From the sequence record MT701590.1: a DNA stretch of 64,000 nucleotides. One strand, 5' to 3'. Origin of the DNA: Klebsiella phage Miami. The notes beneath the pieces were generated by a model that saw nothing but the letters and a program-made list of their open reading frames with translations, ran no database searches and had not been told where the DNA came from. Shown piece after piece: positions 19,818 through 27,070 of the stretch (position 1 is its first letter; the number at the start of each line of letters is the position of its first letter). Position numbers and translations under genes: made by a program.

Positions 19818-20703
19818 AAGTTGCGGTAAAAACGTTCTTTCAGCAAAACAGGTCAAGAAAAATCTCGAACATTTACACGACACCCACCTAGTCAAATTAG
19901 GGGCGGTGTCCGACCAACTATTCAGCGTGCAATCTTTAAAAGCCTCATTATCTCGATTATTTGAAGCGGGTGAGTTGGGTGAAGTTATTGCCGACCCGGA
20001 TTATTTTAATGACGGGGTTTGTTTGGATCGTGATACCATTGAGTTTAAGAACCTCTGCGGGTTTATGGTGTCTGATTGCTTTTTCGATCTTGACGATGGC
20101 TTTTTCCATATTGGGTGTAAAGTAAGGTTTTTAAATAGCTTTAATGTCAGAACTGAAGACGAAATAGAATTCATTCCTAGGGTTTTGTTCGATGGCCAGG
20201 GAAGACCTAAGATCGTCGCATTTGATGTTAAGATTCATCCATTTATCGACGCTATAACCGAAGCAGTTAAAAGCCATTCTTACGGTTACACCCATGTCAA
20301 GAACTTCCTGTCCCAAACCGATTCCAACACACATACTTTAATACTAGGTTATTTTGATAAAAATAAAATCGCCCCTATCGAGCTCGAGAGAGTGTTGTCT
20401 CGCCTTTCCTTAAGTGGGGCGCCTATAGGGGAAGGTTCTAGACCGCCTACCGGAAGATCTAAGAAGAGATGGAGGACAGTAGATCATAATAATTCGCTTG
20501 GGCGAGTTATTTCATATGCGATAAATGACCATAGCGAAGACGCTTATTTTGTGGCGGGCGTTATTGAATTGAACTTGAATAATCCTCTAGTACTAGAGAC
20601 CTTTAAACAAGGGGCATTAACTATCGCCCCCAGAGTTTCTATGAATGTGGATATCTTTTCTTCCTGCACGGAACTTATCTGCTTTGATCTCATTCAGGAA
20701 TAA
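19810..20703 (+). CDS. hypothetical protein
   Basis: 297-aa ORF overlapping the upstream gene by 8 nt. Confidence 0.55.
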   Translation: MTKSCGKNVLSAKQVKKNLEHLHDTHLVKLGAVSDQLFSVQSLKASLSRLFEAGELGEVIADPDYFNDGVCLDRDTIEFKNLCGFMVSDCFFDLDDGFFHIGCKVRFLNSFNVRTEDEIEFIPRVLFDGQGRPKIVAFDVKIHPFIDAITEAVKSHSYGYTHVKNFLSQTDSNTHTLILGYFDKNKIAPIELERVLSRLSLSGAPIGEGSRPPTGRSKKRWRTVDHNNSLGRVISYAINDHSEDAYFVAGVIELNLNNPLVLETFKQGALTIAPRVSMNVDIFSSCTELICFDLIQE

Positions 20704-20706
20704 GTT

Positions 20707-20811
20707 ATGGCTAAATCCAAAATGTCCGACTTTATTGATATTGCCGTGCTGTTCCTGGTAATATCTCTCGTCTTAACCTTTTTCTTTTACGCTATTATTA
20801 AATATGGATAA
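20707..20811 (+). CDS. small hydrophobic peptide (34 aa), not in the ORF track
   Basis: ATG 4 nt after the upstream stop, preceded by aggaa. Single TM-like segment IAVLFLVISLVLTFFFYAII. Its stop overlaps the start of the next gene. Confidence 0.35.
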   Translation: MAKSKMSDFIDIAVLFLVISLVLTFFFYAIIKYG

Positions 20812-21154
20812 AACTACTATGTTTGACCTTATTAAGCTTCTCGAGATCTTCCTGGGATTCTTTATTTGTATTCTGCTGATCGTTCTGCTCATCATAACGG
20901 TACGGAAAAACAAATACCCTCAACTACCGCCCACCCATGAAACGATACGTTACATCATCTCTGGGGCTCTCCAGACGAAGAAATACGACACGCCTGATCT
21001 TTATACCTATCTCGGTATAAAACTCTCTAAAGAGTATGGAGAGTTCTTAAACATAAAGATAGAGTACGATCTATTATCCCCTCCCGGGCAAGTAACCTTT
21101 TACATAAAGGATTATAGGCTTAAACGAGTTTACCCGCTAACCTTTAACGCATAA
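20804..21154 (+). CDS. membrane protein, hypothetical
   Basis: TM helix LLEIFLGFFICILLIVLLIITV. Followed by a repeat-family hairpin. Confidence 0.5.
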   Translation: MDKTTMFDLIKLLEIFLGFFICILLIVLLIITVRKNKYPQLPPTHETIRYIISGALQTKKYDTPDLYTYLGIKLSKEYGEFLNIKIEYDLLSPPGQVTFYIKDYRLKRVYPLTFNA

Positions 21155-21162
21155 AACATAGT

Positions 21163-21200
21163 CCTACTCCTACTCCCGTAATAGGGAGTAGGAGTACTCT
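21163..21200 (+). repeat. repeat-family hairpin copy 1 (terminator-like)
   Basis: CCTACTCCTACTCCC-GTAATA-GGGAGTAGGAGTA, then TTTATTTTT 10 nt downstream. Confidence 0.6.
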
Positions 21201-21247
21201 TATGAATTTATTTTTAATTAATTAATGTTAAACCTAGGATAGTATAG

Positions 21248-21255
21248 TATAAATA
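21248..21255 (+). promoter_or_regulatory. TATAAATA box (T4-late-promoter-like) at the head of a ~270-nt leader
   Basis: Exact TATAAATA inside GTATAGTATAAATAGC. The only long non-coding gap in the window (about 21202-21530) follows it. Confidence 0.3.
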
Positions 21256-21530
21256 GCTCTAGCGTAATATATTAGGCCTTCGGCCTAAAGGGCTAGGGTA
21301 AGTCAATTCGTTCGTTTCAGCATCAATCAAGGTATTCGCTACGCTCATACTTTCTTATGCTTACACTCACCCATGCAACCTGGAGAGAAACCCCGACTGA
21401 ACAAAGTTGTTTATTCCTTCTCAGGGGAATAAACAGTTCGTCGGCTAAAGACATAGGATGTTTTATGATCAGTAAAGAAATACGATAATCTAAACTTATT
21501 AGTTCAAACACTGTAATCTAGGAGATAACC

Positions 21531-21647
21531 ATGAATATCGTAATGCCATTAAAGTTACTCGGAGGGTTACTTATCCTGGGGGTGAGTTTTGGATTACTGG
21601 TTTATCTCATTGTTAAACTCTCCGTTAAAATGGCGTATAAAAAATGA
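21531..21647 (+). CDS. small hydrophobic peptide (38 aa), not in the ORF track
   Basis: Excellent RBS taggagataacc-ATG. Sequence MNIVMPLKLLGGLLILGVSFGLLVYLIVKLSVKMAYKK. The stop overlaps the ATG of the next gene (ATGA). Confidence 0.45.
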   Translation: MNIVMPLKLLGGLLILGVSFGLLVYLIVKLSVKMAYKK

Positions 21648-22111
21648 GTGAAGAAGAGCTGTCATTAGGTTATATTTCGGTTAAAGTCATTCCCACTCAG
21701 GAAGGGATTCTTAAAGATAAGGTGTTGGATGCAGGCTGTCTTCCGTTAGATGAAGGGTCGTACCACGCTACGCTTATTTTTGATATTCATCAGGATGGTG
21801 TCATTCCCAACGTACCTATGATTCCTGAAAAGATCTTCGAGGGAAAGGTTATTGGAATCAAGGAACTCGGAGAGCGTAAAGGAGATATTATCTCAGCCGT
21901 TGTACTCGAACTGGATTCTCCTGAACTGATAGAAGAACACGATCGGTTAATACAATGTGGGTATGGTCATTCCTATCCGGATTACATCCCCCATATTTCG
22001 CTCGCTTACAAGGTCACAGAAGAGCAAATGGAAGATCTCAAACGACAGTGTGAGTCGCTTATTGGTAAAACGTTCTACTTATCCGGAGAAAGCATCGACT
22101 GGATAGATTAA
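21644..22111 (+). CDS. 2H phosphoesterase (LigT/Acb1-like cyclic-nucleotide phosphodiesterase candidate)
   Basis: Two H-x-T/S-x motifs in hydrophobic context, YHATLIF (H41) and PHISLAY (H117). 155 aa. Size and His spacing are typical of 2H-family enzymes, including the phage anti-CBASS Acb1. Confidence 0.6.
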   Translation: MSEEELSLGYISVKVIPTQEGILKDKVLDAGCLPLDEGSYHATLIFDIHQDGVIPNVPMIPEKIFEGKVIGIKELGERKGDIISAVVLELDSPELIEEHDRLIQCGYGHSYPDYIPHISLAYKVTEEQMEDLKRQCESLIGKTFYLSGESIDWID

Positions 22112-22124
22112 GAGGTAAAGGGGT

Positions 22125-22553
22125 ATGTCTGATAAACTTACTGTATCACTTTTTAAGCTTATAAAAAACCACACTGGGTTAACGTTAAAGGAAGGCGAAT
22201 TCTCTTTAACGGGAGAAAGACCCTTTTGGTTCAGAATACCTCCTTTTCCCCTTAACCCCAGTTCAAGAGAGAGATTGAGAGATCTCTTTCAAGATAACTT
22301 TGATGTGACTGTAGTTGATTATGTTGACGATTACCAGATCATATTCAGCCAAATTGAACCAACAACTTCTCGTCGTATAAAACGCGTCAGGAACATCCTA
22401 GATGTGTTAGAAAGAGAGTACGGTAGAAACTGTCTCAGACCAGAAACCGGTAGAATCTTGAGCGGATATTACTCTACTCATAAAGACAGAATAGAACAGG
22501 AAGAACTTGCTTATAATAAAAAGATTTTAAATGAAGCGTTACGAAGACGCTAA
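22125..22553 (+). CDS. hypothetical protein
   Basis: 142-aa ORF, RBS gaggtaaagggg, basic C-terminus. Confidence 0.5.
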   Translation: MSDKLTVSLFKLIKNHTGLTLKEGEFSLTGERPFWFRIPPFPLNPSSRERLRDLFQDNFDVTVVDYVDDYQIIFSQIEPTTSRRIKRVRNILDVLEREYGRNCLRPETGRILSGYYSTHKDRIEQEELAYNKKILNEALRRR

Positions 22554-22594
22554 TCTTATGCGATATTTTTAATCTTAAAACGTGGGGTGGGTAA

Positions 22595-22918
22595 ATGACG
22601 TACGATGAAGTCGAGAAATATCTGGAAATGGGAGAGGCTATCTCTAAGGGTAGTTGGAAAGCTAACGAAGCGGTTTATTTAGAGCCGACAACGTTACTTA
22701 ATCCAGCTCACTATCCTGAGTGTTTAAAAGCCGCAGGTATTAACTCCCTTTTGAGAGTCGATCGGCATTTAGTGCGTGTTACCGCGAGTAACACTGTTGA
22801 GCGTTTTATTCCCAACATTGTAGAAAGAAAAGAAAACGATTGGTACGTTAAGAGTTACACCTTCGAACAAAATAAAGCATTGCCAGAACACAATCAAACC
22901 CAAGAAGAAGCTGCATAA
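22595..22918 (+). CDS. DUF2829-like small protein (Tad2-like anti-Thoeris sponge candidate)
   Basis: N-terminal MTYDEVEKYLEMGEAISKGSWK matches my recollection of the DUF2829 start (M-x-F-x-EAL-x-x-L-K-x-G-K-x-V-x-R-x-G-W). A C-terminal ENDWYV-type motif is also present. 107 aa. Followed by a C12 tract and a strong terminator. Confidence 0.5.
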   Translation: MTYDEVEKYLEMGEAISKGSWKANEAVYLEPTTLLNPAHYPECLKAAGINSLLRVDRHLVRVTASNTVERFIPNIVERKENDWYVKSYTFEQNKALPEHNQTQEEAA

Positions 22919-22923
22919 TAACA

Positions 22924-22935
22924 CCCCCCCCCCCC
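22924..22935. repeat. homopolymeric C12 tract (intergenic)
   Basis: Twelve consecutive C immediately after the stop of the DUF2829-like gene and before the terminator hairpin. Confidence 0.8.
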
Positions 22936-22950
22936 TACACTTAGATTTTA

Positions 22951-22985
22951 ACCAGGAGAGGCGTAAGCCTCTCCTGGTTTATTTT
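22951..22985 (+). terminator. rho-independent terminator
   Basis: 12-bp stem ACCAGGAGAGGC/GCCTCTCCTGGT with loop GTAA, followed by TTTATTTT. Confidence 0.6.
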
Positions 22986-23053
22986 ACATGTATTCTTTTT
23001 TGGATCGATATTATTAAAGTGTAAACCTCAATAACTTTTTAGGAATTAACATC

Positions 23054-23269
23054 ATGAATGGTCTTTTTGGAACAGGTTGTTTGCTGTTAGGTGCTGCGGT
23101 GTATTTCTTCCTGAAGTACCTGGAACTGCGTAAAGATTTTAAAGAGAATAAGATTAAAGACAAGGGTCGGGCGTCTGGGTATAAAAATGCCTATTTCTCT
23201 TTAACCATTTGCGTTTTGGGCCTGGGCGTCTTTTTAATGGTTAATGGGACTCTGTTGGAGATCAGATAA
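23054..23269 (+). CDS. small two-TM membrane protein
   Basis: 71 aa, with two hydrophobic helices flanking a basic loop. Confidence 0.45.
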   Translation: MNGLFGTGCLLLGAAVYFFLKYLELRKDFKENKIKDKGRASGYKNAYFSLTICVLGLGVFLMVNGTLLEIR

Positions 23270-23736
23270 TGGATATCGTTATGCTGACCGACGCAGAAAC
23301 AGTTTTGGATGTCGTCGATGCAGAGGAATACTATCTTCCTACGGGAATTATGCGGCATTGGATACAGATGGCTATCCGAAGAGGGCCTGGGCATTGTAGG
23401 GCATTTTGGTTTGAAGGTGGGATCTTTGTTTTGACCAAAATACCCTTAACGAATAGTAATACCTGGAACGCTTCGATTTGGATTTCTGAAGATTACAGGC
23501 GAAAAGGACTGGCCAAGCGAATAACCGTTTTGGCTTTGGATATGTTCAGACTGGCTAACGCGACTCTACGTTTCCATCCTTGGGATCAGCGTAGCGTTGC
23601 ATTCTTTTCTAATTTGGTTAACGAGGGATTGTTGACCGGGAAGAATTTTGGGGATATTGGGTCAAGACGTCTTTTATCTTCTGAACTCCTTAAAGACCCT
23701 GAGACTTTTACATCCCAGCGCGTTGAGTTAGTTTAA
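23269..23736 (+). CDS. GNAT-family acetyltransferase-like protein
   Basis: ISEDYRRKGLAKRI resembles GNAT motif A (R-x-x-G-x-A). Confidence 0.5.
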   Translation: MDIVMLTDAETVLDVVDAEEYYLPTGIMRHWIQMAIRRGPGHCRAFWFEGGIFVLTKIPLTNSNTWNASIWISEDYRRKGLAKRITVLALDMFRLANATLRFHPWDQRSVAFFSNLVNEGLLTGKNFGDIGSRRLLSSELLKDPETFTSQRVELV

Positions 23737-23760
23737 TCTTTCATAGTAAGAGGTAATAAA

Positions 23761-24141
23761 ATGGACCGTAACGAATTAGCGATTATTCTCATCGATCAAC
23801 TTAACAAATTCCTTTACCCTAAACTTGAGAAAACCAATATGACGAAATTTTGTCTATTGGGAACGCTGAGCCTTGAGGTCGTCACCGGTCAGTTTTATGA
23901 TCATAAAACATGCGTGGGGTCGGAGGATATCCTTGCATTGCTCAAAGAGCACGGGATTAACAACGACGGATTCTTAAGCGTAGAAAAACGACTATCGGCC
24001 TTTGGCGACATTTTGACATCCTATTCCTATAGAGTTCTAGGGGATCGTTATGGCGATTCTTTTGTTACTGTGAATTTCAATTTGAATTTAACCAATCTTA
24101 ACATGCTTGAGTTTACTAACGAACTAGCGCGGTACGAATAA
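23761..24141 (+). CDS. hypothetical protein
   Basis: 126-aa ORF, RBS agaggtaataaa. Confidence 0.5.
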   Translation: MDRNELAIILIDQLNKFLYPKLEKTNMTKFCLLGTLSLEVVTGQFYDHKTCVGSEDILALLKEHGINNDGFLSVEKRLSAFGDILTSYSYRVLGDRYGDSFVTVNFNLNLTNLNMLEFTNELARYE

Positions 24142-24186
24142 ATCATAGTCCCGCCAATTTATTTTATACTTTTAGGAAACGCCATC

Positions 24187-24927
24187 ATGAACATCAATCA
24201 GTTGCCAGAGAACCATCACGTCATTTCTTCTATGGTCAATCCGTTTGACGCTAATGAGGAATTGTTCTTCGTTACCCATGCTCGTGTAAATACTTACTTG
24301 GATCTCGATGTTTGGTTCTGCGATATGGGTACCGGGGATATGAGAGTTGTCGAGCCCTACGGCAAAGTATCCGACGTTCGGTTGCATGATTACATGGAAA
24401 GACATGTTGCGAACAATTCGGATCAATTTCTTTATCCCACCGTGATCGCCCCGCTGAGTTTGCAGGATACCGTTCTAAAGGTGGAGGGTATTCTCGGTGG
24501 TGATAAACTTAACCCATTTCCGTTATCTGGAAGCGGCGCCGACCCGATGACCGGATGGTACACCGACCCTCACGGAGTGAAAAGGAATATTCGAAAATTA
24601 CCGGATATTTTTGATTTATTAAAGGATGAACAACAAGAAAACACTCACCCTCTCGAAAGTACTAACACCAGTAAATCCCTTCATCGCCCTTCGCCAGAGG
24701 AAATATCAGCTGGAGCGACTAAGGAGTACGAAGCGAGGAAAGCGGCTTTAAAAGAACTTCTGGAAACCGGAGGTGAAATTAAAGCCATTCCTAAAATTGT
24801 TCATTACACTAAATTGGTGAGTTACGATGAAAAGGCTCATATCCCTACTCCAAGAAAAGGGAAGCTCAAGAAACCAAACCATAATCTTAACGCGATCATG
24901 GGGTTGTTAGCGAGGACCAAGAAGTGA
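24187..24927 (+). CDS. hypothetical protein
   Basis: 246-aa ORF preceded by TTTTAGGAAACGCCATCATG. Confidence 0.55.
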   Translation: MNINQLPENHHVISSMVNPFDANEELFFVTHARVNTYLDLDVWFCDMGTGDMRVVEPYGKVSDVRLHDYMERHVANNSDQFLYPTVIAPLSLQDTVLKVEGILGGDKLNPFPLSGSGADPMTGWYTDPHGVKRNIRKLPDIFDLLKDEQQENTHPLESTNTSKSLHRPSPEEISAGATKEYEARKAALKELLETGGEIKAIPKIVHYTKLVSYDEKAHIPTPRKGKLKKPNHNLNAIMGLLARTKK

Positions 24928-25298
24928 CAGAAGCGTATCAGAGTTGGGCTGCTGATTTTAAAAAATCCGTGGGTCGACTCAAGGAAGTAAAATCGGCCGG
25001 CTACGGTAAATATCGTTTAGGTGTGCAGGATCCGCCAGGAAAGCCCTACGTTCTGGTGGAAGTAAAAACTTCCGATTGTGCGTACACGCCCAACTATTCG
25101 TTGGATCTTGTGAAAACGATTAAGATTCCAAAACCTAAAGGGTTGCGGTTATCGGTAGAACGTCGTATTCGATTAGTAGGGTACCTTTTACAAATCGGCG
25201 TGTTTGATTTACTCACTCAGGCAGAATGGGGGATGGTCTTTAATGTCTCTCGTGGGTCCATCTGGCATTATAAGAAACAGTACGAGGAATCGTTATGA
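24924..25298 (+). CDS. hypothetical protein
   Basis: ATGA overlap with the upstream gene. Confidence 0.5.
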   Translation: MTEAYQSWAADFKKSVGRLKEVKSAGYGKYRLGVQDPPGKPYVLVEVKTSDCAYTPNYSLDLVKTIKIPKPKGLRLSVERRIRLVGYLLQIGVFDLLTQAEWGMVFNVSRGSIWHYKKQYEESL

Positions 25299-25609
25299 AG
25301 ATTTATGCTGTAGTTAGTAAGGAAACCGATAATGTGATCGCTCAGTTTCTCGATCACGGGACGGAGAAAGTCAAGTTCAATGGGATCAAATTGGGGATCT
25401 TGGATCAACAGGTTCATCCAGATGAAAGAGAACTGCTGAAAGTTGTAGAGGTTTATCTTTCGTCGTCAAAAGGAAAGATGGATCAGACGAAACAACTCGA
25501 TCCAGACACGTTTATTGTTGAGACGCTCAGTTATTATGAGGAGGTCGATTTTGTCTATCTATCTCGTAACCCTGAGCATGACATCGCTCTGTGCACACCA
25601 AAGGAATAA
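25295..25609 (+). CDS. hypothetical protein
   Basis: ATGA overlap with the upstream gene. Confidence 0.5.
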   Translation: MKIYAVVSKETDNVIAQFLDHGTEKVKFNGIKLGILDQQVHPDERELLKVVEVYLSSSKGKMDQTKQLDPDTFIVETLSYYEEVDFVYLSRNPEHDIALCTPKE

Positions 25610-25611
25610 CG

Positions 25612-25977
25612 ATGCCCGAGATTGTAACCGCTTTTAGTGCTTGGGAATCGAAGTTCGTCTCCAGCTTAAATGAAATGGAGAATTTTCTGAAGACTCCGCC
25701 CGAGCACACCAAAATCGAATCGATGATCAAAGGGACGAAACACGGTGTTTGGATTACGTTACTTTATTTCAAAGACCGGGACGTTGTTCTAGGGAGAAGT
25801 TTCTCTATCACCAAGTGCCCTATCTACGTTGCGAATAACGTCGTGAGAACCAAACTGATTCGTCATATCGCCGACCGTGGATTAGAGTCAATTGTTTCGA
25901 TGACTCGGTGGGGCGGTATCTTAGGAATGAGTTCCGCCACCACCATTCGATGTTTTAAAGAAACTAAAGCACAATAA
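25612..25977 (+). CDS. hypothetical protein
   Basis: The start was moved to ATG 25612 (RBS aaggaataac), 3 nt after the upstream stop. The track ORF begins earlier, inside the upstream gene. Confidence 0.5.
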   Translation: MPEIVTAFSAWESKFVSSLNEMENFLKTPPEHTKIESMIKGTKHGVWITLLYFKDRDVVLGRSFSITKCPIYVANNVVRTKLIRHIADRGLESIVSMTRWGGILGMSSATTIRCFKETKAQ

Positions 25978-26008
25978 CCTTTCAATACCTTTATTTAGGA
26001 AAAATATC

Positions 26009-26536
26009 ATGGTCAAACATTTTGCAGAAGATTTTAAATTAATGCTAGATCTTCACCAGCGCGTACCAGTTGAAGTGCTCAGGACCTCAGACCAGGTTAA
26101 AGCCGCAGTTAAGGTTATCGTAGACACTGTGTCTAAAATCAACGAAGCTCACCCTAGCAAACTCTTACAATCAGGGTTTGCTATCACGGGATCTCATATT
26201 GCAAAAAATACTGATTTTGTTATTGAGCAAACCGAACTTAAGTTGGCATTATCAGAAATAGTGAGTTCTTCTTGTTACCGTGTAAAGATTGATCTGGTGA
26301 ACACGAAAAATGACTGTCCTTCCTCGGCGGACCACCACATCTTATCCGAAGCTATTTTACTAGCTTTGGATATTTATGCCGTCTCCCCCTCTGGGGTTAG
26401 AGTGAATGATAAGCCTAAACCCAGCCTGTGTTTAGCAAATCATTTACAAGAAAGTTTTAAAATGTATTCTTGCGAAGCTTTCGTCAATATCAACCCCTAC
26501 GCGATAGACATCCTCTTCCCTATCGTTTCATTATAA
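26009..26536 (+). CDS. hypothetical protein
   Basis: Preceded by TTTAGGAAAAATATCATG. Confidence 0.55.
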   Translation: MVKHFAEDFKLMLDLHQRVPVEVLRTSDQVKAAVKVIVDTVSKINEAHPSKLLQSGFAITGSHIAKNTDFVIEQTELKLALSEIVSSSCYRVKIDLVNTKNDCPSSADHHILSEAILLALDIYAVSPSGVRVNDKPKPSLCLANHLQESFKMYSCEAFVNINPYAIDILFPIVSL

Positions 26537-26567
26537 TCAAAAATCTCCGTGCCCTACCTAAATAAGG

Positions 26568-26921
26568 ATGAATAAAATGAGTACATTTCTGTTAGTTGTA
26601 TCCGGCTGGTTCGCTCTGTCTGTTATCTGTGTCGCTGGCTACTCCTTCGTAAGAGAGGGGTGGAAAAAAGAAGATCTCTCTTGGTCGGAGTTTATTAAAC
26701 AAAGCACGATCTGCGCTAACGTCATTAAAGACAAAGCGGCACATAAACCTCACGATGTGACGTTGGCGGATTTCTTAAGCTCCGAAGAAGTTAAACCTTG
26801 GTTAAAAGGTTTTGACTACGACGTTGAAGAGAAAACCGATTCTTACGTTATTACGTTGAGAACCCCGTCTCACGCAAGAGATTTTCTGTTACCACGACAG
26901 CTCTTTCCTAATGCCGCATAA
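26568..26921 (+). CDS. membrane-anchored hypothetical protein
   Basis: N-terminal signal-anchor STFLLVVSGWFALSVICVAGY. Followed by a strong terminator with a T10 run. Confidence 0.5.
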   Translation: MNKMSTFLLVVSGWFALSVICVAGYSFVREGWKKEDLSWSEFIKQSTICANVIKDKAAHKPHDVTLADFLSSEEVKPWLKGFDYDVEEKTDSYVITLRTPSHARDFLLPRQLFPNAA

Positions 26922-26924
26922 AAC

Positions 26925-26978
26925 AGTATAGTCCATCCCCTAGGGGATGGACTATACTCAACATTTCATTTTTTTTTT
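26925..26978 (+). terminator. strong rho-independent terminator
   Basis: 15-bp palindrome AGTATAGTCCATCCCC-TA-GGGGATGGACTATACT followed by a T10 run. It closes the accessory block before the tailspike cassette. Confidence 0.65.
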
Positions 26979-27070
26979 CACTAACGAATTTTATGCTTTG
27001 AAAACCGAGTATGTGGGACGCCGCATAAACGTAATCATACATGTATGCTTATTGGTGAAAAGAGGACATT

